Assembly (NCBI GenBank): GCA_039815145.1 | Contig: JBCBZW010000030.1 | Location: forward strand, 1 to 49,220 | DNA from: Pseudomonadota bacterium | GTDB lineage: Bacteria; Pseudomonadota; Gammaproteobacteria; Steroidobacterales; JBCBZW01 | Direction: 5' to 3' | Length of the DNA: 49,220 bases | Shown: in pieces, positions 42,960-49,220 of the stretch | How the letters are laid out: each line of letters begins with the position of its first letter | How positions within the stretch are numbered: position 1 is the first letter of the stretch | Made by a program: the position numbers and the translations under genes | The notes under the pieces: generated by a model | Database searches by the model: none | Seen by the model: the letters and a program-made list of their open reading frames with translations, nothing else | What the model was told of the DNA's origin: nothing

Positions 42960-44666
42960 TCAGCGTTGGAAAACGACATCGCCGCCGACCATGGTGAGGG
43001 TGACCCGCGTCGCGCCAATTTGCTCGGGCGCGATGTCGAAGAGCTGCTGATCGATAACCACCAGGTCGGCAAGCTTACCCACCTCCAAGCTGCCGAGGCG
43101 GTCCTCCTGCTGCATGAGGTAGGCCGCGTTGATGGTGTAAGCGCGAATCGCGGCATCCAGCGTAGGCAGGCTCTGATCGCCCCGCGTGAGGGAGTTCTGC
43201 ATGCCCACGAAGGGCGACAGGGCGCCCACGTCGTAGTCGCTACTCAACACTACCCGAGCCCCCGACTCCCACAGGTCGCGCAGGCGCAGCACCCGCTCCA
43301 TCGCGCGACGCGCACCCAGATAAGGACGGTAGAAACGTGTCTCCGGCGGCAGGACGAAGGATGAGGACATCTGCACGTCGGCCACCACGTCCAGGGCGAC
43401 GAAGCGAGGGATGTCCGCCGGGGCGACGATCTCCAGGTGGGTCAGGCGATGGCGTCGACCCAGGTCGCCGTTGGCCTGGCGTGCGCTGGCGATGGCATCC
43501 AAGGCCTCGCGCACGCCCCGGTCACCGATCGTGTGGATGTGGAAATCGAAGCCAATCGGTTCGAGCTCCGTGATGTAGCGCGTGAGGCGCGCACGATCGA
43601 AGTAGTTCAAGCCCCTTGGCGAGGCGAGCTGATAGTTTCGATAGGGGGCGAGAAGGGCAGCGCTGGTGTGGGAGACTTCGCCGTCTGCGTAGGCTTTGAT
43701 CTGTGTGAAGCGCAGGCGCGGGTGGACGGACGCGTCGTAGAGCGAGCGTAGTGCGGCGATCTGCTCGTCGTCATTTAGGTAGGGGTAAGCCCATAGGCCG
43801 AGGAGGGCCCGCGCCGTGAGGTCCCCGCCGTCGGCGACTGTGCGGTAGGCCTCTAGGTAGCCGCGGCGCCAGTGGGCGCGGGCGTCGGCGAAGCTCGTAA
43901 TGCCGTTGCGATTCATCGCGACCAGACTGTCGCGCACGGCGCGTTCGTTGAGTGCCTGCATAGCCGGCGAGGGCGCGAAGGCCAAGTCCATCACGATCTC
44001 CCCGGCGCCGTCGAGGAGCAAGCCCGTCGGTTCGCCGGACTGCGGATCGCGCAGGATGACGCCCCCTGGTGGATCCGCCGACTCGGCATCGAAGCCGGCG
44101 GCAGCGAGGGCGAGGCTGTTGGCCCACACGGAGTGGGAGGTGCCCTCGAGCATCGCGGCGGGGCGGTCGGGGATCGCCTCGTCGAGAATCTCCACCGGGG
44201 CGCGGCCCCCCTCGGCCTGTGCTCGCAGCATGTTGGTGATGCTGTGGCCGAAGCCAAGCACCCAGTCAGTACCGATCTGACGCGTCGCGCAGTCTTGCAG
44301 GCGAGGGATGTAGGACTCGGGTGGATGCCCCCCGGGTAGGAAGCAGGTCCAAGCGCCGTGAAATGCCTCGAGGGGATGCAGGTGGCTGTCGTGCAGGCCC
44401 GGCAGCGCCATCGCGCCATCGAGGTCGATCACCCGTGTACCCTCACCCTGGAAACGACGCGCCTGCGCCGTAGTGCCGGCGAAGACGATGACCCCGGCAT
44501 CGATCGCGAGCGCCTCCACCCAGGGCTGGGATCCATCCACCGTGTAGATGCGCCCATTGAGCAGTAGCGTGTCGGCGACAGGCTCAGCGGCAATCGCCAC
44601 CGAAACGCCCCCGTTCAGGAGGCACAGGGCAGCACCGAAAAGGGGGGCGAGGAATCTCGGTCGCAT
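42960..44666 (-). CDS. secreted metal-dependent amidohydrolase (Amidohydro_3 family)
   Basis: ORF 42960..44675. Signal peptide MRPRFLAPLFGAALCLLNGGVSVAIAAEP. LHDSHLHP metal-binding HxH and DFHIHTIGD motifs are present. Confidence 0.8.
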   Translation of the reverse strand: MRPRFLAPLFGAALCLLNGGVSVAIAAEPVADTLLLNGRIYTVDGSQPWVEALAIDAGVIVFAGTTAQARRFQGEGTRVIDLDGAMALPGLHDSHLHPLEAFHGAWTCFLPGGHPPESYIPRLQDCATRQIGTDWVLGFGHSITNMLRAQAEGGRAPVEILDEAIPDRPAAMLEGTSHSVWANSLALAAAGFDAESADPPGGVILRDPQSGEPTGLLLDGAGEIVMDLAFAPSPAMQALNERAVRDSLVAMNRNGITSFADARAHWRRGYLEAYRTVADGGDLTARALLGLWAYPYLNDDEQIAALRSLYDASVHPRLRFTQIKAYADGEVSHTSAALLAPYRNYQLASPRGLNYFDRARLTRYITELEPIGFDFHIHTIGDRGVREALDAIASARQANGDLGRRHRLTHLEIVAPADIPRFVALDVVADVQMSSSFVLPPETRFYRPYLGARRAMERVLRLRDLWESGARVVLSSDYDVGALSPFVGMQNSLTRGDQSLPTLDAAIRAYTINAAYLMQQEDRLGSLEVGKLADLVVIDQQLFDIAPEQIGATRVTLTMVGGDVVFQR

Positions 44667-44693
44667 CGATGCCACCTCCGTGTGGCGGTCGTG

Positions 44694-45962
44694 TTAGTTC
44701 GGCTTCAGCAGCGCATGACGCTTGCGGCCCGCGCTCAGCTTGATCACCCCGTCGCCATCCAGGCGAGTCGCATCCAGGCGCGCCTTGGGATCGGTGATCG
44801 GCTCATCGTTGACCTTGATGGCATTGCCGGTGACCAAGCGTCGTGCCTCGCTGTTCGATCCTGCGAGACCCGCCTGGCGTAGGGCGTCGAGGATGCCCAT
44901 ACCCTCGCCCTGCAACTGGGCCAGCGCCACCTCGATCGTGGGCAGGCCCTGCGCTGCCGCGCCCTGCTCGAAGGCCTGGGCCGCCGTTTCCGCCGCCTGC
45001 TGCGCCGATTCCGCGCCGTGAGCGAGGGTGGTGATCTCCGTGGCCAGACGCTTCTTCGCTTCGTTGATCTGCGCACCTTCGAGGGCGCTCAACTGGTCGA
45101 TCTCCTCGATCGGCAGTTCCGTGAACAGGCGCAGGAAGCGCCCGACGTCGGCGTCTTCCGTGTTCCGCCAGTACTGCCAGAACTCGTAGGGCGAGAGCAT
45201 CTGGGGGTTCAGCCACACGGCGCCGCTCGCCGTCTTGCCCATCTTGGCGCCGGAGGAGGTGGTGAGCAGTGGCGTGGTGAGGGCGAAGAGCTGGGCGCCC
45301 TGTACGCGGCGGCCGAGGTCGATCCCGGTGACGATGTTGCCCCATTGATCGGAGCCGCCCATCTGCAGGGACACGTCGTAGCGACGGCTCAGCTCGGCGA
45401 AGTCGTAAGCTTGCAGAATCATGTAATTGAATTCGAGGAAGGAGAGCGAGCTCTCCTCCCGCGCCAAACGCAGCTTCACCGAGTCCATGGTCAGCATGCG
45501 GTTGACGGAGAAGTGGCGTCCGTAGTCGCGCAGGAAGTCGATGTAGTTGAGATCGAGGAGCCAGTCCGCGTTGTTCACCATCACGGCGTCGGTGGGGCCG
45601 TCGCCGAAGGTCAGGTAGCGGGCGAACACCTCGCGGATGCCCGCCAGGTTGGCCTCGATCTGCTCCTCGGTGAGCAACTTGCGTGCCTCATCCTTGCCCG
45701 AGGGATCACCGACGCGGGTGGTGCCGCCACCCATCAGCACGATCGGCCGGTGGCCACAGCGCTGCAACCAGCGCAGCAGCATGATCTGCACCAGGCTGCC
45801 GGCATGCAGGCTCGGCGCCGTGCAGTCGAAGCCGATGTAGGCACTGATCACCCGTTCGCCCGGTTTGGCGAGGGCGTCGTCCAGCGCTGCCGGATCGCTC
45901 AGCTGGTGGATCAGGCCGCGGGCGTCCAGGGCCTGTAGAAATTCGGACCGGTACTGACTCAC
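44694..45962 (-). CDS. tyrS: tyrosine--tRNA ligase
   Basis: ORF 44694..46307. GTG at 45962 with GGAG 9 nt upstream; the upstream extension is non-coding-like. The class I HIGH-region variant ([11 protein letters not shown]), KMSKS variant (KMGKTASG) and a C-terminal S4 domain are present. Confidence 0.9.
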   Translation of the reverse strand: MSQYRSEFLQALDARGLIHQLSDPAALDDALAKPGERVISAYIGFDCTAPSLHAGSLVQIMLLRWLQRCGHRPIVLMGGGTTRVGDPSGKDEARKLLTEEQIEANLAGIREVFARYLTFGDGPTDAVMVNNADWLLDLNYIDFLRDYGRHFSVNRMLTMDSVKLRLAREESSLSFLEFNYMILQAYDFAELSRRYDVSLQMGGSDQWGNIVTGIDLGRRVQGAQLFALTTPLLTTSSGAKMGKTASGAVWLNPQMLSPYEFWQYWRNTEDADVGRFLRLFTELPIEEIDQLSALEGAQINEAKKRLATEITTLAHGAESAQQAAETAAQAFEQGAAAQGLPTIEVALAQLQGEGMGILDALRQAGLAGSNSEARRLVTGNAIKVNDEPITDPKARLDATRLDGDGVIKLSAGRKRHALLKPN

Positions 45963-46681
45963 GGGAACAGCTCCGCCAGGAAGGACTGGACCGCGATCCA
46001 GGAGCGGCGCTCGGCGTCTTCGCTGTAGGCGATACCAGCGCCCGGATCGTTGGCGCCGGGTTTGCTGAAGCTGTGCAGCGTGTGCCCGTAGGCGTGGATC
46101 TGCCAATCCGCCTTCGCCTGGGTCAGTTCGCCGGCCAGCCCGACCATGGCTTCCGGTGGTGCCATGGGGTCGTCGTAGCCGTGGAGCACCAGGACCTTGG
46201 CGGTGATCTGCGGCGGTAACCCGTACTGCTCCGGGGGGTGAAACAGGCCGTGGAGACTGACCACGCCGGCCACGTCGGTGCCAGAGCGCGCGAGATCGAG
46301 CACGCACAAGCCCCCGAAGCAGTAGCCGATTGCCGCGACGCGGGTGCCGTCCACCTCTGCCTGCTCACGGGCGGCCGCCAGCGCCGCCTGCAAACGCGCT
46401 TGCAGCCGCTGTCGGTTGTCGAGCAGGGGTTGCATCAGGGCGGTGTTCTCGTCCGCGTTGCTGCCGCGTACACCCTTGCCGTAGACATCGATTGCGATGC
46501 CCACGTAGCCCAAGGCAGCGATGGCTTGGGCGCGCTCCTCCTCGAAGTCACTGCGCCCGCCCCACGCGTGGGCGATCAGCACAGCGGGGCGTGACTGCTC
46601 GACGCCGTCGGGCGCCACCAGCAGCGCATCCATGGTCAGGCCATCGTGTTGGTAGTCGAAGTGGCGGGGAGAACGGGCCAT
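45959..46681 (-). CDS. dienelactone hydrolase family protein
   Basis: 240 aa. AIGYCFGG nucleophile motif and the HGYDDP ... H triad context are present. Its stop TGA overlaps the tyrS GTG start (GTGA). Confidence 0.8.
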   Translation of the reverse strand: MARSPRHFDYQHDGLTMDALLVAPDGVEQSRPAVLIAHAWGGRSDFEEERAQAIAALGYVGIAIDVYGKGVRGSNADENTALMQPLLDNRQRLQARLQAALAAAREQAEVDGTRVAAIGYCFGGLCVLDLARSGTDVAGVVSLHGLFHPPEQYGLPPQITAKVLVLHGYDDPMAPPEAMVGLAGELTQAKADWQIHAYGHTLHSFSKPGANDPGAGIAYSEDAERRSWIAVQSFLAELFP

Positions 46682-46821
46682 GTCGGTGAGCGCTCGCGGT
46701 TACCCAGGGTAGTGCCGCGAGGGTAGCCGGAGCGCCGCGGGGTTACCAGCATTGAACAGGCCGCGCTGAGGCGCGGCCTGCAGTGTGTGCTGATGGAGCG
46801 TTGGAGCGGCTGGGGGCGGGA

Positions 46822-47316
46822 CTACTGCTCGTCGCCGAGCTCGTGCTCCAGGTAGCGTCGCAGCTTGTCGATCGCGCTGTTCAAGCTCTTGCGCTCCTGC
46901 TGCGACAGCTGGGCCATCAACTCGTCGTTGAAGCCGTCTCGGTGGGGATACACCTTCTTTACGTGGTCGACGCCGCGCTTGGAGAGGGTGAGCACCACCC
47001 GACGGGCATCCGACTCGTGGGCCTCTCGCAGCACCAGGCCACGATCGGCGAGCGCTTGCACCGAGCGGGAGATCTGCGCCTTGTCGGTGAGCGTGCGCTG
47101 GGCGAGTTCTGCCACCGTGCTGCTGCCGTTGTAGGCGAGCTGCCCGAGGATGCGCCACTCGGCCATGCTCAGGTTAAATCGATCGCTCAGGAAGTTCGCC
47201 GAGTAACGGCTCATCAGTTTGTAAAGTATCGCGTAACGGTAAGCCGTCAAACGTTCGAGGTTGTAGGCTTCGTCGCCCACCAGCGACTGCTGGCGGCGGG
47301 AGTTCTTCTTGGCCAT
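46822..47316 (-). CDS. MarR-family transcriptional regulator
   Basis: ORF 46822..47352 begins with TTG. The ATG at 47316 gives 164 aa. It has a winged-helix region (SMAEWRILGQLAYNGSSTVAELAQRTLTDKAQISRSVQALADRGLV). Confidence 0.8.
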   Translation of the reverse strand: MAKKNSRRQQSLVGDEAYNLERLTAYRYAILYKLMSRYSANFLSDRFNLSMAEWRILGQLAYNGSSTVAELAQRTLTDKAQISRSVQALADRGLVLREAHESDARRVVLTLSKRGVDHVKKVYPHRDGFNDELMAQLSQQERKSLNSAIDKLRRYLEHELGDEQ

Positions 47317-47533
47317 GCGTTCTTCGAAATCAGGGGTCAGTTGGGGGCGCAAAGATTAGCAGTCTGGGCGCTTGCGAACAAACGTATAAGCAAACGCACG
47401 TGGTTGATTGCACCCGGCTAGGTAGTTGTACGGACAGCTAGGGAGCGAGGTAGCTGGCAGGCGAGCATTTCGATGACTTTGCCTACCATCACCATCCGGA
47501 TATTCGGCGGTGCGCACGCGCTGGATTCGATGA

Positions 47534-48268
47534 TCATCCACCGGCCGGCGCGGCGACGATCGAATAGTACATTTGCAGCTCTTCGCGAACGCGTAGCGCG
47601 CCAAGCATTACGCTGAAGGGCTGCAGGCCTAGCTGCTCATGGGAAACGGTGATCTGGCCTTGCGCGACCAGGCGGTCCCCGTCCTCGCGCACCAGGAGTG
47701 GGAAGCTCACGGGCCGAGGGATGTCGCCCACAACGACCTGAGCGTGCAGCGTGAGGTTCGGCCACTCGCCCTCCACATCGATCGTGCTCACGGTCACGGC
47801 CGGGAAGTTGGCGGCGTCGAGGAGGTCGGCGCCGAGCATGTTTTCCTGCGTGCCGGCGATCGCCTCGGCCGTGGGCTCGGTGGCGAACGCCTCCCCGGCC
47901 GCTTCCCGGCGCGCCGGGTCGTCCACGACCAGCGAGACCTTATCGATGACGAGTTCTACCACCGACTCGTCGGGGCGATCCGCCAGCCACAGATCCCCTT
48001 CGATCGCGGTGGAAGCGATCACGTGGTTGTGGCCCAGGCGCGCCAAACGCCCGTCGCGAAAGACGTGGATCTCCACATCCGACTCGCCGGGGACCACGCG
48101 GTAGTGCTGCGCACCGCTGGCGGGGGTCGCTCGGGCGGCTCCCGTCGGGGGTTCCCCGGGCGCGGGGCTTTCGTCCACCGTGCCGACGCAACCTGCGAGC
48201 GCGAACAGCGCGAGCGCGCAGACGCTCGTACCACGACGGGCGAGCCTTGCCGTGGTGCTTGTGTACAC
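47534..48268 (-). CDS. YceI-family periplasmic lipoprotein
   Basis: ORF 47534..48361. The ATG at 48361 would overlap the divergent cytochrome b561 start. GTG at 48268 gives the lipoprotein signal (M)YTSTTARLARRGTSVCALALFALAGC. YceI-like beta-barrel features are present. The start is uncertain. Confidence 0.7.
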   Translation of the reverse strand: MYTSTTARLARRGTSVCALALFALAGCVGTVDESPAPGEPPTGAARATPASGAQHYRVVPGESDVEIHVFRDGRLARLGHNHVIASTAIEGDLWLADRPDESVVELVIDKVSLVVDDPARREAAGEAFATEPTAEAIAGTQENMLGADLLDAANFPAVTVSTIDVEGEWPNLTLHAQVVVGDIPRPVSFPLLVREDGDRLVAQGQITVSHEQLGLQPFSVMLGALRVREELQMYYSIVAAPAGG

Positions 48269-48322
48269 TGCGGCGCTCGTGGCCCCGCCCTGTCGGGCTG
48301 CCCGTGTGAGGAGGACACCCGA

Positions 48323-48886
48323 ATGAGCGGCCACGAGGTCGAACCGCGATCGAAATTTCATGCTATCTCCCGCCTATTCCATTGGGGTGTGGCCGCGCTG
48401 ATCTTGCTGCAGATCCCCCTGGCCTACCAGATGATGGCCATGGATCTTGGGCCCGATAAGTTCTCCGCGTACGCACTTCATAAGTCCTTGGGGATGACCG
48501 TGTTCATCGCCTCGGCGCTGCGTCTTGCCTGGCGATCGATCACGCCGCCGCCGGCACTGCCCTCGAGCATGTCCGCGCGAGAACGCTTGCTCGCCCGGGG
48601 CGCGCACGTGGCGCTCTACGTGGTCACCCTAGCCATGCCGATCGCGGGGTGGTGCTACTCTTCCGCCGCCGCGTTCAGCGTGAGCTACTTCGGTCTGTTC
48701 ACTCTGCCGGACCTGGTGCCCCCGAGCGAGACGCTCGAGGTGGTGTTCGAGTGGACCCATCGCCTGCTCGCCTACGCGTTGTTCCTGCTCTTAGGGGCGC
48801 ATCTGCTCGCCGCGGGGTTTCACCACTGGGTTCGTCGGGACAACGTGCTGCTCAGCATGCTTCCCTTCATCAAGTTGAGGTCATGA
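48323..48886 (+). CDS. cytochrome b561 family protein (YceJ/CybB-like)
   Basis: ATG at 48323 with GAGGAGG upstream, inside ORF 47639..48886 (the upstream part is rejected). 4-TM protein with conserved His positions (HWGVAAL, HKSLGM, HVALYV, HLLAAGFHH). Confidence 0.8.
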   Translation: MSGHEVEPRSKFHAISRLFHWGVAALILLQIPLAYQMMAMDLGPDKFSAYALHKSLGMTVFIASALRLAWRSITPPPALPSSMSARERLLARGAHVALYVVTLAMPIAGWCYSSAAAFSVSYFGLFTLPDLVPPSETLEVVFEWTHRLLAYALFLLLGAHLLAAGFHHWVRRDNVLLSMLPFIKLRS

Positions 48887-48926
48887 CGTTTTGTGCTTCA
48901 AACGCTTGAGTCGCTCGGCTCCTTGT

Positions 48927-49220
48927 ATGTTCCTCCTCAAGGGGCTAACGGTTCTCGCCCTGTGCGCATCGCCCGCCGCGTGGTCGGAGGCCGTGACCTA
49001 CGCCCTCGATGCCGAGGGCAGCGAGCTGCGCTTCATCGGCCTTCAGCAAGGCGCGCCCTTCACGGGACGCTTCGAGACCTTCAGCGCCGAGGTGGTATTC
49101 GATCGCGAGGCGCCGTCGGCCGGGCGAATCGATGCCGAGGTCGACGTGCGGTCCGCTGACAGTCGCAACCGCGATCGTGACGAGTACATGCAAGCCCGCG
49201 ACTTCTTCTACTCGCGCAAG
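48927..49220 (+). CDS. YceI-family protein, N-terminal part (3' end outside window)
   Basis: Hand translation from ATG 48927: MFLLKGLTVLALCASPAAWSEAVTYALDAEGSELRFIGLQQGAPFTGRFETFSAEVVFDREAPSAGRIDAEVDVRSADSRNRDRDEYMQARDFFYSRK. This is a typical YceI N-terminus. It is not in the ORF track because no stop lies in the window. Confidence 0.75.
   Translation, partial: MFLLKGLTVLALCASPAAWSEAVTYALDAEGSELRFIGLQQGAPFTGRFETFSAEVVFDREAPSAGRIDAEVDVRSADSRNRDRDEYMQARDFFYSRK

Noticed and set aside
47639-48322. Upstream 228 codons of the 415-aa ORF that ends as cytochrome b561
   Set aside because: It is antisense to the YceI-like gene. Cytochrome b561 homology and an SD begin at ATG 48323.
48893-49159. 88-aa ORF at the right edge of the window
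   Set aside because: A different frame from ATG 48927 gives a clean YceI-family N-terminus. This frame is Arg/Gly-rich.
1-49220. CRISPR arrays, rRNA genes, integrase or transposase genes
   Set aside because: No short regularly spaced direct repeats, no rRNA-like conserved blocks and no recombinase-like ORFs were seen. The only dispersed repeats are the three palindromic elements.

Overview
This is a 49.2 kb high-GC (about 68-70%) bacterial chromosomal segment. It is probably proteobacterial: slyX, tyrS, phhA, a DegP-like protease and NupC are present. I can support about 45 protein-coding genes, read by hand from the six-frame track and the raw sequence; no search was run. Many long ORFs on the opposite strands are GC-driven artefacts and I rejected them.

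Recognisable genes:
- 1..669: C-terminal part of a zinc metalloprotease.
- 697..4101, minus strand: an operon of a transglutaminase-like protein, a secreted hypothetical and an SPFH/slipin.
- 4442..4514: a degenerate tRNA-like sequence, followed by about 760 bp of non-coding DNA with hairpins.
- 5273..6352: phenylalanine-4-hydroxylase (phhA); then a VOC-family gene.
- 7041..10106: several secreted or lipoprotein hypotheticals, including a DUF2959 lipoprotein.
- 10183..13201: an aldo/keto reductase, an MDR dehydrogenase and an esterase.
- 13245..15118: a ParE/RelE toxin, a 59-aa antitoxin ORF missing from the track, and directly upstream on the same strand an orphan ClpX-like AAA+ unfoldase that has lost its IGF ClpP-docking loop.
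- 15299..19954: an approximately 820-aa secreted FG-GAP beta-propeller protein, a patatin-like phospholipase and a DUF1295/ICMT-like membrane protein.
- 20147..22379: two class-A beta-lactamase-fold serine hydrolases.
- 22376..25324: a 982-aa protein with a Sec signal peptide, a PEP-utilising His 'mobile' domain and a C-terminal PPDK_N ATP-grasp domain.
- 25360..29646: divergent from it, a tight operon of a TLC/Npt-family ATP:ADP-antiporter homologue (with a C-terminal Ig-like tail), an HtrA/DegP protease and a NupC nucleoside transporter.
- 29682..35574: a CPBP protease, an AraC regulator, an HExxH secreted protein, a secreted protein with HipA-like motifs, an alpha/beta hydrolase and a SdiA-regulated-domain (YjiK-like) protein.
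- 35742..40941: a metallophosphoesterase followed by a DUF4956 gene, a membrane-anchored hypothetical, a cupin, a GNAT acetyltransferase and SlyX.
- 41055..47316: DDAH, an EEP phosphoesterase, an amidohydrolase, tyrS translationally coupled to a dienelactone hydrolase, and a MarR regulator.
- 47534..49220: a yceI / cytochrome b561 / yceI cluster.

Three copies of an approximately 150-165 bp palindromic MITE/REP-like repeat family lie in intergenic regions.

Most interesting candidates:
1. The divergent locus coupling an exported ATP-grasp/His-swivel dikinase-like enzyme and a beta-lactamase-fold hydrolase to a TLC-type nucleotide antiporter, DegP and NupC. This may be an extracytoplasmic nucleotide-driven modification system.
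2. The IGF-less ClpX-like unfoldase encoded just upstream of the ParE-type TA pair, possibly a chaperone-assisted TA module.
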